Shown piece after piece: positions 10,798-23,900 of a stretch of DNA of 64,000 nucleotides (positions are counted from its first letter, which is position 1; every line of letters begins with the position of its first letter). The position numbers and the translations under genes are program-made. The notes below the pieces were generated by a model that did no database searches, was not told the origin of the DNA, and saw only the letters and a program-made list of their open reading frames with translations. The stretch is from Octopus sinensis (Eukaryota), in contig NC_043008.1 of NCBI RefSeq assembly GCF_006345805.1, positions 61,132,001 to 61,196,000 on the forward strand, given 5' to 3'.

Positions 10798-11786
10798 ACA
10801 GTATTGGAATAATTTGTTTTACAGGTGAGTCCAGTGGTCATTATAGGCACAATTCATTATAGGTGTGCTCAAACGGTCTTGTGATCAATTGAAGAAAATT
10901 GAAGGACCTAAGAGAATTAACGTTACTTTCATCAGAGCCATTTCTAGTTATAACAAGCAGCGAAATGAAGGAATGGCTATTGGATGAGGAAGTGGGGGAG
11001 TAGAAGATGGAATGAGGCAAGTATAATAGAAATCAGAGGAAGACAAGTTACAACGGTGTGGAAGAAGCGAGGGCGTTGTATTGCTAAAATTTGGAACATT
11101 AGCGTTTATAGTCAGGCCAACACATATTGCCATATTATCATTGTATATAGGCTAGATATTCTCCAACCCTTGTGTTGAAATTTTATATTGGCATTTTATA
11201 AACATGGTCAGCTTAAGACCAACGTTTAGTTGTTTCTATCTAGCATTGTAGGTTAATTATATTAGAAAATAAAGTGATATTAGTGATAACCATATTGTAG
11301 AGGTCAAGAATGCTCTTATTAGCCAGGATATTAATACTGATAAATTGAGAGATGTTACAAATGGGATGATGGCTAGTTAAAGTTTTGAAAGTTAAATGTA
11401 AATTCAGATTTACCTGATTACACGTTTTGTTTTTAATTTTAAACCAATAAAAAAGGATCGCGGATTAAGATTTGGACTTATGTTAAGATTTCTAAATTTA
11501 GCATGAAAGCAAATTAAGATATAAAACAATCAACCTCTATTCCTTTGTTCCCTTTTCTAATTGTATCTTTCAATCTTCTCCCCCAATTTCCCATCCTCCA
11601 CTCCAGCCATTCCTCCACTGCTCTGTTTGTTATAACCAGAAATGGCTCTGATGAGGGTAGCATTACATTTCTTAGGCTTTTTTGTAGATCAATAGACCGA
11701 TAGAGTAAATCTATCATAATGCACTTGAAACAGCTCTAAGCCAATATCTAACAACGAAAAGTATGTAATGATCATTATTTTGATTA

Positions 11787-11820
<34 letters not shown>

Positions 11821-11892
11821 ATTATATATATATTATATATACATATGTATGTATTATATATATATGTATATATATACATGTATACACACACA

Positions 11893-11923
<31 letters not shown>

Positions 11924-13135
11924 GCGTATATGCGTGTGTGAGTGAGTTAATGGATGTGTACTTGTATTTGTGTGATTGTCAATGTGTGTAATTCAAAATT
12001 ATTCGTTCAAGTTTTATTCTCCAATATATATTCTGAGTAAGCTTTCTTGATAAATCGAAATGTTATTTACTACCTTTGTAGAACTGGTTAGCAAATATAA
12101 TCTATAATGTATTTAAGTGGCGAGATGTCTGACTGTCACTATTATCTGCTAGAGGCAGAGACAAATGTGAAAACATATCATTTACATTTTCTATGTGTCG
12201 ATAGAATGGATTTATTTTACTTGTTCTCAATATAGACGAATTCTTATTTGAAAGCAATCTTTAATCATGTTTTCCTCTTGAGAATTTAAAGCCTGGAAGA
12301 ATGAAGAAGTTTTATACTCAAGTGTAATACTGAATTTCTTCGTCTCTGTATGTCATCATGCTTTGATAAACAACACTTGCAAACTTAACAATGAATCTCT
12401 CTTGTACAAGTGATAAGAATTCTCATCACCATATACGTTTCAAACAGAAAATAAAGAGGTTACGTAAATTTTGTTTCTATATAATCTTTAATATAATGGT
12501 TTACGAGAATGTCATAACCTCCTGAAATTTTGAAGCAGCAACAAAGGCATAATTTATAGTGATTTCATATCTAAGCGTAAAATTTGTTATTTCTTGTTGA
12601 TATGAATTGCTGACGTGGTTATTTACACAAAAGCATTGTTTATGCAATTCAAGGGAAGCAGTTTCAAACTGAATTTGAGACCAAAACCAAAACGGTTTAA
12701 TTAATTTTGTATGCTAGAATTCCACATATACAACACCATCAATAACAATATATAAATAGGAAATTGAATGATATGTTTTCATATTCATTGATATCTTTTT
12801 TATACTCATATTCTTTGATATTAACCTTTGCATTCTTAAATTACATACGAAATATCATTGTAGTTTTTAGCAATGTTCTGTTTGTGAACATTGCCAAATG
12901 TCATTGCTTCGCTCCCTATCTTATATCTTTTATCATTTACTTATTTCTCTCATCTGCTTATGGCCAAGGATAGGCATATTCTTGAAGAAATCAATCCCAG
13001 GATTTATTTCACCAACATCTCATTTCTTTTGTTTTTTTAGTGAACTGTTAAGTACGGGAAGGCAAACAAACCGACACTGGGGGAGAAACGCATATAAATA
13101 GATTGACTGACTGATAGATAAACAGACAGATAGGC

Positions 13136-13166
<31 letters not shown>

Positions 13167-13535
13167 GGGAGAGAGGGCGAGAGAAGATACACACACATAT
13201 TACCAAAGAGCTCTGTCTGTACCTATAACTCACTTCAGTTTTTCGTAAATGATTAATAAGTGGTTTAGATGTTTTCAGCGTAGAATATAAGATTATACAA
13301 GCATACGCACATACATATATACAAATACAATGTATGTATGTATGTATGTATGTATGTATGTGTGTATGTATGTATATATGTATTTATGTATGACTGTATT
13401 TGTGTTTGGATGGGTACATACATGCATGTATGCATATATATACATATATATATATATACATAACATATATATATATATATATATATGAATATATACATAT
13501 ATATATGTATATATACATATATATATATGTATATA

Positions 13536-13596
<61 letters not shown>

Positions 13597-13614
13597 CACA
13601 CGCATATACACGTC

Positions 13615-13925
13615 AAGGCGTGTGGCCAAGTTTTTAGGGTATTCGACTCACAATCACATGGTCGAGAGTTCGATACCGACCAGAGCATTGAACAAAACGC
13701 TTTATTTCCCTTTTTCCTTCAGAACACTGACAGGAAAAAGTGAAAAGAACCTATATTTCAAAGGGCTAGCCGTATCCCATGTTATGCCACTAGGCCGTGT
13801 TGCCTAGTAGTCATGCGGTTGCACTCACGGTCACTAGATCGTGGGTTCAATACCCTGACTGGGTGGTGCGTTGTGTTCATCACGGAAAACACTTCATTTC
13901 ACGCTGCAGTAGTCCCTCGCCTAAT
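13615..13925 (+). mobile_element. Old, degenerate tRNA-derived SINE fragments (two heads)
   Basis: B-box-like GAGTTCGATACC and GGTTCAATACC, core-like TTGAACAAAACGCTTTATTTC, and tail fragment ATTTCAAAGGGCTAGCC. Confidence 0.45.
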
Positions 13926-14956
13926 TAGAAAAGTGACATTATTTTCATGGCTAAAACAATACAGAAACCCGAGTTCACATAGGTATGTGGTCCTATTGCT
14001 CTCCCCTTTGTCAAACAGCGACACGAACTAAAGAAACAATGGCTGATCGGTTATTTACTGCGTTTGTGGAGAACTATAGCTATATGAGAAGCAGTTTTAT
14101 GAAGTCTTTTTATAGCACATCGTATAAAACCAGCGACAAAATGTTAAACAATTGTAGCAAGTTTATATCGTGATAATGGGATTAGAAATCTAAAATATAT
14201 TGATTAGCATACCTGCCACCGCTTTATCGAGATGATCTTCATTGTGTCATAATATAGTGAAATAATTATGTAATGTATTAATTTCAATAATTTTATATGT
14301 GAATCTAGAATATATCAAATATTTAGAGATTCCAATTAAATTTCGAGATCTCTGCCCAGGTCCGGAAAATAGTGAAAAATTAATGCTTCAAAATTGAATT
14401 GTAATACAATTTTAGAAATTGTATGACAATCAGAGTCGTTTAGTGACGAATTCAATCTTTTGGAAAATATTCAGTAAATTGGTTATTGACGACCATCCGC
14501 ACTGAAAATATGCTGCGAGGCATATTAGTTTCGTTTGTTTTGGTTTGGAATAGATGTATTAGTTTCAAAACTCTTTTAGAATTTTCTTTGTTTACATCGA
14601 AATTAGTTAACATGCCCGAGTCACACACCATAAGTTCAATAGTTTTTGCTTCTCTTCCATTATAATTTATTTTGAGATTTAGATCACTTCACGAAAGGAA
14701 GGCATTGGTCACTTAATGAAAGGAAGGCAATAAGTTAAACTAGTGCTCAGATTTCATTCACCAGTGTTCAGCAGACCCAATACTATTCAAAGGACCGTGA
14801 AATGAGAAAAAAAAAACTAATTAATGAGCAAACATCTCTAAGACTTAAAAGTAATTGAAACCATTTATGCTATGCTTTAAGATACCGACAAAAAAAAAAA
14901 AGAAAGAAAAACAGAACAGAAATTGTATCATTAGGTGTAATTCGAATAATGAAGTA

Positions 14957-15162
14957 CAGGAATGGCTATAAGTCGCTTATAAAGCAGTAAAGTGGAAATA
15001 CACAAACGTAATAGCTAAAAATAGCACAAACGTCATTCGGTTTGAAGACAAAATTTAATTTGACAATAAGATGTAATTGTTACCATTTTTTGTTTATAAG
15101 TCATTTGGTATTTTGTGTTCATTAGTATTAGAAATGGGTAAAGTGACTTATGGCCATCCCTG
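14957..15162. mobile_element. Tc1/mariner-derived MITE
   Basis: TA|CAGGAATGGCTATAAGTCGCTT ... AAGTGACTTATGGCCATCCCTG|TA; 22-bp TIRs with 3 mismatches. Confidence 0.8.
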
Positions 15163-15173
15163 TATTTCAATAG

Positions 15174-15520
15174 GTGGAGGCGCAATGGCCCAGTGGTTAG
15201 GGCAGCGGACTCGCGGTCGTAGGATCGCGGTTTCGATTCCCAGACTGGGCGTTGTGAGTGTTTATTGAGCGAAAACACCTGCTGTACTCTTTCACCACAA
15301 CTTTCTCTCACTCTTACTTCCTGTTTCTGTTGTACCTGTATTTCAAAGGGCCGGCCTTGTCACTCTCTGTGTCACTCTGAATATCCCCGAGAACTACGTT
15401 AAGGGTACACGTGTCTGTGGAATGCTCAGCCACTTACACGTCAATTTCACGAGCAGGCTGTTCCGTTGATCGGATCAACCGGAACCTTCGTCGTCGTAAC
15501 CGACGGAGTGCTTCCATCCC
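15174..15520 (+). mobile_element. SINE type A (internal ~40-bp deletion), 10-bp TSD
   Basis: A box TGGCCCAGTGG and B box GGTTTCGATTCC; TSD ATTTCAATAG at 15164-15173 and 15521-15530. Confidence 0.93.
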
Positions 15521-15928
15521 ATTTCAATAGATACTGCAGCTAAATATTGGGTCCAAAATATACATATTTCATTTATAAATATTGATTCGAACAGCATTAT
15601 ATATTTAAATTAATAAATGATTCTAACCAATTACGAAAGAAAAAATGCTGTTTACAATCTTATGTAGTTTCTTTGAAGTTTGATTACGTTTGTCTAAACT
15701 TTGTTGGATTAAGAAATATACGAAATTGGTTGAGATTTTAATTTATAAATAATCTCAATAATTGTTTAGAAGAAAGATATCTGCACCACTGGGGGCCATG
15801 CGTCTGCACGCTCTTGGTAAATGATGTTTTGAAGAATATAACCATTTTTAATGTAATATTTGTTAAAGGTCATTTACATTTAACTGCATGTAATCAGTGT
15901 ACGTAGCGAAAAACAAATTGGTGTAATA

Positions 15929-17171
15929 CAGGTGTTGGACATAATAATGGAAATGCCTAGCATCGTAGAATCATAATTTTGAAATATCTATAAAATCGTC
16001 AAAAGCTTGTTTATTGATTTATTATTAGTGTTGCTTAATATGCTTTGCTACAATTGCTGCTTCTTTTCAGATATCATCAGAAAAAGGTAATTAAAATTCA
16101 TTAAAATGATAGATCTATCAGAGTTTCAAAAAGGTCCACTTGTTGGTGCTCGTATGACAGGCGCTAGCGTATCTAAAGCAGCCGAAATGTTTGGTGTATC
16201 AAGAAGTACTGTCTCGAAAGTAATGACAGCCTTTGAGAAAGAGGGAAAAACCTCCTCGTTCAAATAAAACTCCGGAAGAATAACAGATAGGACCATTGGA
16301 CTCTTAGGCGAATTGTTAGAAAGAATCGCAAAGTACAGCCCCCCCCACAATACATCAGAGCTTAATGACCACCTCTCGCGAACCCAATTTCTGCAAAAAC
16401 TGATCACCGGGAGCTGCACAAAACCGGGTTTCACGGGTGTTGCAATCAGAAAAACACTACTTTCAAAAACAAACGTGCAAAGCGTTTAGAGTGAAGTAAA
16501 AACCTACAAAATTGGTCCCTAGAGCAGTGGAAAGGTGTTATTTTCTCGGACGAGTCATCCTATACTTTATTTTCGACCACCAACCCAGTATACATATGGA
16601 GACAGTCAAAAGAAGCATTTGACTCAGATTGCCTTCTTTCAACTGTTAAACATAGAGGAGGATCTGTGATGACCGTGGCGGAGCGGGGGGGTCATATCTT
16701 GGAAGTCCGCCGGCCCAGTGGTTTCCATTCATGGCAGAATTAATAGTAAACACTATTTAAGCATTTTATCTGACCAAATTAATCCTATGTTTGCGGAAAT
16801 GTTTCCGGAGGGAAACGCAATCTTCCAGGATGATAATATACCAATTCACACAGCTAAAGTTGTTACTGACTAGTGAAGTTGAACATCTTATCTGGTCACC
16901 ACTGTCTCCAGATCTAACAATTTTAATGAACATTTATGGTGCATTTTAGAAAAACAAGTAAGGACACGATATCATCCACCATCATCACTACAAGAACTAG
17001 AGACTGTTTTAGCTGAAGAATGTAGTAAATCCTTTGGACAAAATTCAAACTTTGTTCGAGTCCATACCTCGTAGAATTCAAGCTGTAATTACTGCCAAAC
17101 GCGGTATACCCCATAGTAAAATAAATTCGTTTAAAATTTTAAGGTGTTTCTATTATTTTGTCCAACCCCTG
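15929..17171 (+). mobile_element. Full-length but decayed Tc1-family transposon (transposase pseudogene ~16106-17118)
   Basis: TA|CAGGTGTTGGACATAATAATGGAAATGCCT ... AGGTGTTTCTATTATTTTGTCCAACCCCTG|TA. N-terminus MIDLSEFQKGPLVGARMTGASVSKAAEMFGVSRSTVSKVMTAFEKEGKT; later FQDDNIPIHTAK and WSPLSPDL remnants with stops and frameshifts. Confidence 0.92.
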
Positions 17172-18156
17172 TATGTGCAAGTGATACATTATTCCGAATT
17201 TTGAAGATATGCCCTACCCATGGGAAATATTGTTTTGGGAATAATATCAATCGGGCGTAAAACTTATCACATTTACCTCAGGGGATTCGTAGAGGAAATA
17301 ACACGAATTACACGAACTCTGAAGGAATAATATTAAATTCTAACATTGGCAAGAGCTAAAAAGTTTAGAGAAGTATATCTTATCGGACGCAGTCGTTAAC
17401 TGTAACTTATATTTAATCGATACCAAATGATGAAACGTAAAACCAGATGATTACGTTATAATATCGAATTGCGTTCGTGATCAACGATAAAATGATATTT
17501 CTGAACTTTGTAAATATATAATTCTAGCGTTATTCTTTCTATGAGAGACACATTTTGGCAAAGGAAAGGGAAACTAGTCAATCAAATCGAACTATTTACC
17601 CGATTTGTACTGATCATGAAATGATTTAAGGAAAAATCCCTCGGAATTCGAAATCAGAACGTAAAGTGATATAACTAAATACAAAATGCCTTTTTGTCTG
17701 ATGCTGTATCAAATCTGTCTATTAATCCTCTGTTTTTACGGAAATGATTTTTTTGTGATATTTATTATGTATCTTCAACAATAAAGCTATGATGCAAATT
17801 AGTGAGAATAAATGAATACTGTTCTAAATTTATACCTTTTTAAATCAGGGTGTATTTTTTTGTAATATAAAACTAAAAATAATTGTAATAACAAACGAAA
17901 TCTAATGTTTGTTTCTATTCTCTTGGTGTTACTAATAAAGATAAAGAAATATTTTCCAATTCTAATTAAGTCTTATCTCTTATATAATCTTAAGGAAATC
18001 AGTTAAGAAGATTTTAGTATCGATCTCTTTACATCAGTTGTTTTAATCGAAAGGAAGTGGAATGAAACCTTCACAAAAATTTCAGATTTACATTTTAAGT
18101 GAGGTACTGTAACCGAATTTAATTCTCGTTTTATGTATGAGTGTATGTATGTATGT

Positions 18157-18540
18157 GTGGAGGCGCAATGGCCCAGTGGTTAGGGCAGCGGACTCGCGGT
18201 CATAGGATTGCGGTTTCGATTCCCAGACCGGGCGTTGTGAGTGTTTATTGAGCGAAAACACCTAAAGTCTACGAGTCTCCGGCAGGGGATGGTGGTGATC
18301 CCTGGTGTACTCTTTCACCACAACTTTCGCTCACTCTTACTTCCTGTTTCTGTTGTACCTGTATTTCAAAGGGCCGGCTTTGTCACTCTCTGTGTCACGC
18401 TGAATATCCCCGAGAACTACGTTAAGGGTACACGTGTCTGTGGAGTGCTCAGCCACTTACACGTTAATTTCACGAGCAGGCTGTTCCGTTGATCGGATCA
18501 ACCGGTTCCCTCGTCGTCGTGACCGACGGAGTGCTTCCAA
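18157..18540 (+). mobile_element. SINE type A, full length
   Basis: Colinear with 35780-36165; flanked by duplicated ATGTATGTATGT. Confidence 0.95.
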
Positions 18541-19747
18541 ATGTATGTATGTGGTGTCCCTTCTGTGTCGCCCCTAGTGGGTAATAAAGAAAGAGTATTT
18601 ATATAATTACATACTTATATATGGAAACATTTGCGCGCACAGACACATATACATACGATGTCAGTGATACCTGAGTTGAATCACTACTATTATGTTTAAT
18701 CATAAATATCAAATTCTAACATAATACCTTAAAGACATGTCGCGGGCGGGAAGATTCAAAGAAGGAAATGGGATGTATAGACAAAATTTATTAATATTAA
18801 CGTATAATTTCATGTCATCTGCTAATTGATATTTATAGCATTTACTAAATGTGACACGAATCCTATGGCTCCGTGTGTTTAATTTAAAACATATGTATTT
18901 TAGTCTGTTTAACGTTTGTAATTTTCAAATTCTATTCATGTATAGTTAGTGTGTAATTAGATATTAAGTACTGATATGTATTTAATATTATTTACAGCTA
19001 TGTCAAATGTATTGTTAACGAGAGGTTATTGATTTGACTTGTCTCGTTTCAACATATCCTGGATACATGTATATCCAACTATTTAATTGGTCAGTAAATC
19101 TGAAAATAAATAATATATACGGTCAACACTTAGATGGCACTACTTCTGTGGTAGTTTATGCCATTAGATCCTTCATGTCAAACACAGGTTAAAATATTCC
19201 AAAAGAGAACTGTCATAATAAAAACCAATTATACTATAAGATCAAAATATGAAATTTTAATACCTAAAACAAATTAATGTGGATATTTTGTAATCACTGT
19301 AAACTCACTCGGTCGATTTTGTGGTATCCTTTTACATTATAAGAATATAGAAAATTCGAGATATACTGAGTAAATTAATTTGTTTAAAAGTAGAACATGA
19401 AGATGATATAAATAATAGCGTATACAATATTAGAACACAAAAAAAAATTGGAGTGAAAAATGTTGAAGATTTCGCATGGGACACAAACCTACATATTCTG
19501 TAAAGGTCCCACGGGTAGCCTTCGAATTTTATCGAAGTGTTTTTGATACATTATCCGACACCGTAATTTTTATAACTTTATCAACTTCAAGTACCACCCT
19601 TACAAAGTAATTAACTTTGTTACAGCATCATACATTTTAATAGCATCAAAGATTTAATAAGAAAAATAGCGTTGCCCGTCATATACCGGGTACATGTGGA
19701 AATAGAAGTAAACTCCTGTCACCACAGGTAATATCAGGAAATATGGT

Positions 19748-19963
19748 ACTCTTTTACTCGTTTCAGTCATTTGACTGCGGGTATACTGGAGCACCACCTT
19801 TAGTCGTGCAAATCGACCCCAGGACTTATACTTTGTAAGCCTAGTACCTATTATATCGGTTTCTTTTACCGAACCGCTAAGTTACCGGGACGTAAACATA
19901 CCACCATCGGGTGTCAAGCGATGTTGGTGGGACAACACAGACACACAAACGTATACACACACA

Positions 19964-20010
<47 letters not shown>

Positions 20011-20197
20011 TTTTATATATATATATATATACATACATATACATATATACGAAAGGGGTTCTTTCAGTTTCTGTCTACCAATCCAATCACAAGGCTTTGG
20101 TCGGCCCGAGGTTATAGTAGAAGACACTTGCACAAGTTGTCACGCATTGGCAATGAACCCGGAACCATGTGGTTGGTATGCAAGCTACTTACCACAC
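19748..20197 (-). mobile_element. SINE type B
   Basis: Reverse complement of 10414-10797 with a longer internal TA tract. Confidence 0.9.
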
Positions 20198-20885
20198 ATC
20201 TACATTTTTAATTTAATGTCTTGTAGGGACACGGTATTTCGTTATACGACCATAATAAACTACAAAGATATTAAATGTTTTTGTAAGTCAATACCGTATT
20301 CTACTGTGTTAGCAGTGCCATTACATCACTTGTAAGGTCATCTCGGCAGTTTTTGTATAAAATTATATAGTCAGCACTGATTTTCTTACGACGTTTCGTA
20401 TCCGAGACGCTTAATGTAAACAACAAGATCGAAGACGAAAACGGATTAGTGGGCTTATATGACATATTTCTGTAAATATATCATATACGGACATCACCCA
20501 TTTTTCATTTTCGATCGCATTGGTGTTGTGTATATCACCATACTCGGATACGAAACGTCGGAGCAAAATCGATGTTCAGTGTTGGCTATAATTTCTACAG
20601 AGATACTATAGAAATAACCTTAAATTATAATTTAACTCTTACCAAAATACTTGGTTACTATTTTATTTGTTATTTTTATGGTTCCTTGCATAACTGTTCA
20701 GCCATTCCTGGTCTCGTTCTCTTCACAGCTCAGAATATTTCTCTGCTGTCTGCCCGAACATGTTACGTTATCACTCTATAACACACTTTTAATCTCTCCA
20801 ACGTTCTATGCGCCATAAACTGCGACTTGAGAAATCAACGAATTTATCTACATTTAGATCTCCTATTTTATAGATATGATGGTAT

Positions 20886-21305
20886 CTCTCTTTCTCTTTT
20901 ACTCTTTTACTTGTTTCAGTCATTTGACTGTGGCCATGCTGGAGCACCGCCTTTCGTCGAGCAAATCGACCCCGGGACTTATTCTTTGGAAGCCCAGTAC
21001 TTATTCTATCGGTCCCTTTTGCCGAACCGCTACGTGACGGGGACGTAAACACACCCGCATCAGTTGTCAAGCAATGCTAGGGGGACAAACACAGACACAC
21101 AAACATATACACATACACACACACATATATATATATATATACGACAGGCTTATTTCAGTTTCCGTCTACCAAATCCACTCACAAGGCATTGGTCGGCCCG
21201 GGGCTATAGCAGAAGACACTTGCCCAAGATGCCACGCAGTGGGACTGAACTCGGAACCATGTGGTTGGTAAGCAAGGTACTTACCACACAGCCACTCCTG
21301 CGCCT
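20886..21305 (-). mobile_element. SINE type B, full length
   Basis: Head AGGCGCAGGAGTGGCTGTGTGGTAAG on the minus strand; colinear with other B copies. Confidence 0.92.
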
Positions 21306-22145
21306 ATGTGACAGAGAAGTTATACTTTTACCTAATACCACTATCTATGTTAATGCTATTTGGGTTACTAAATATGAAACACACATCGTTATCAATATGC
21401 TTCGGAATATCTAAAGATTATTTTTCTGTACAAACTTTCGAGATAAAGATAGTCCTAGTAAACCAGTGTTGCTGAATTAACAACAAAACATAGATTTTGA
21501 TATCTTAATCCGATTTAGTTTAATTAGATAACACTGAAATTATTAAATAAAAACAGATATTCAAAATGTATTTTAGGTTCGTTACGACGGGAATATATTT
21601 ACATTTTTGCGCATTATTTTATGAATTTTAAAAGATTGTCTCTGTCGACTAGTAGTTGAAAGGGCATACGGATTGACTGATTACTTTGTTGGTTATTGTT
21701 ACATTTCGGACAGAATTTGTTCATATTTTTCAAAATAGATCGACGTAATATTGTAATTCCATTAATTGGTACAACACTTAATGAATCAATAATGGCTCTG
21801 TCGAGACTATTGAACATTTTTAAGGAAACAATTATTTTAATGATTCTATTTACATAACTCGTTTACAGTTAAACCTTAAGGGGATTATTTATGCATATTT
21901 ATACTTACGTAACACCCACATACATGCATATATACATATACCTAAATACACACAAACACAAACACACATAAATATATATAAATTTAAAATAGGGTGAGAA
22001 ATTTAAATCTAAATTTAAAATGTAAAATTCGTAAAATTTTTCTTGAGAACATTCCTTAGTGGTAAGGCTATAGCGGACCTACCTCTAGCATAAGGGTTGT
22101 CCACATAGTGGTCATCCCTCTTATATGTATATATATATATATATA

Positions 22146-22240
22146 TAACGGGAAGCTTTATGAAAATAAACAAAAGACGAAGGCAGGTGGAAAACAAACG
22201 AACAATTGTATTAGTATGGCGCTCAGAAATATAAATAAAA
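22146..22240 (-). mobile_element. Type D1 element, 3' half only
   Basis: AACGGGAAGCTTTATGAAAATAAACAAAAGACGAAGGCAGGTGG...TTAGTATGGCGCTC is the reverse complement of 3330-3422; TA tracts on both sides. Confidence 0.85.
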
Positions 22241-22428
22241 TAAATATATATAAATATATATATATATAATATATATATATATATATAAGTTCAGTAAAAT
22301 TTTGATTTAGTTGAATATGGCACTTAAGTTAAAGGCATCAGAACTTAGTATAGTATTATCCATATAATTCAACATGGGGTGATTACAATCAAAATAAGCA
22401 ACAATGATATCCTTGTTGCATATTTTGA

Positions 22429-22476
<48 letters not shown>

Positions 22477-22664
22477 ACGGGCATGTATATAGGTTTATAT
22501 ATATATATATATATGCAACACGTACCATTTTCTATGAAACTGTATTATGTTTTTCTGTCTTTCTCTGCCGTTGTTCTCCTTCCTCTCCTACTTTCTCGAT
22601 ATATTCAGGCTGGGAGAATAGTGATGCACGAAAACGTTTGTAATTTTATTTATATTACTTTATT

Positions 22665-23056
22665 TGTGGAGGTGCAATGGCCCAGTGGTTAGGGCAGCGG
22701 ACTCGCGGTTTCGATTTCCAGACCGGGCGTTGTGAGTGTTTATTGAGCGAAAACACCTAAAGCTCCACGAGTCTTCGGCAGGAGATGGTGGTGATCCCTG
22801 CTGTACTATTTCACCAAAACTTTCTCTCACTCTTACTTACTGTTTCTGTTGTACCTGTATTTCAAAGGGCCACTTTGAAATACCTGTATTTCAAAGGGTC
22901 ACTCTTTGTGTCACGCTGAATATCCCCGAGAACTACATTAAGGGTACACGTGTCTGTGGAGTGCTCAGGCACTTACATGTTAATTTAACGAGCAGTCTGT
23001 TCCGTTGATTCGGATCAACCGGAACCCTCGTCGTCGTAACCGACGGAGTGCTTCCA
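22665..23056 (+). mobile_element. SINE type A with 11-bp TSD
   Basis: TSD ATTACTTTATT at 22654-22664 and 23057-23067. Confidence 0.93.
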
Positions 23057-23099
23057 ATTACTTTATTATTATTCACTCTAAAATATATTTAATAAGTTT

Positions 23100-23132
23100 T
23101 ACTCTTAGTGCGTGACTTTTGGCACACCCTGT
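23100..23132. mobile_element. Isolated Tc1/mariner-type right TIR
   Basis: TTAGTGCGTGACTTTTGGCACACCCTG|TA (reverse complement CAGGGTGTGCCAAAAGTCAC); no partner TIR located. Confidence 0.45.
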
Positions 23133-23464
23133 ATACATACATACATACATACACACATGCATGCATACATACATACATACATACATACATACATAAATAC
23201 ATACATACATATTACACCATTTTTAATTATATAGCCTTGTCACTCATTTTACTTTAATATTTTTGGTGTCACGGTATAATGTTTTTTCATGTTTATGAAA
23301 TTGAAAACGATAAATCAAATTCGAGTAATTCCGAATGCAAAGGATAAGAAAATGCTCGCAGTTCAAACAAAGCTTTTTGATACGGGGTCCATCAAATTTT
23401 GTAGTAGACACGAGACCCTTGAATTTAAAAAAAATATGTATGACATTTTGATCAGCGAATTTAT

Positions 23465-23900
23465 TCTTATAGTCTCTTACTTGTTTCAGTGAACAGACTT
23501 CAACGACTGCCTTGAAAAAATTTTTTAGAAAGAATCTACCCGGGTAATCATATTTTAAAAACCCGGTACTTATTCTAACTTACGTATTAGCCGGAAGTTA
23601 CTAGGACGTAAACACACCTATTTCTTTACTACCCACAAGGGTCATAGGACGTAAAAACACACTCACCATTTTTCAAGAGGTGGTGATCATGGATAGACGC
23701 AAAGACACCCCCATACACATACATGCAAACATAAGCACATGCCACACACACACACATCCACACACTCACACATACATAGATATATACGACGAGCGTCTTT
23801 CATCTTTCTTTTACCAAGTCCACTCATAAGGTTTTGGTCGACACAATGCTATACTCGAAGACACTCACTCAAGTTGCTACTCTGTGGGACTGAACCTAGA
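23465..23900 (-). mobile_element. Old degenerate SINE type B
   Basis: TTACTTGTTTCAG tail, GGACGTAAACAC segment and GTGGGACTGAACC head remnant. Confidence 0.65.

Noticed and set aside
13265-13807. Multiple overlapping YI/HT/CV-rich ORFs (also at 25.2, 26, 31, 42, 46.7, 48 and 60 kb)
   Set aside because: They are translations of (TA)n, (CA)n and (TACA)n microsatellites.
18158-18235. tRNA-like heads of type A SINEs as tRNA genes
   Set aside because: A and B boxes are present, but there is no complete cloverleaf or acceptor stem, and each continues into SINE body with TSDs.
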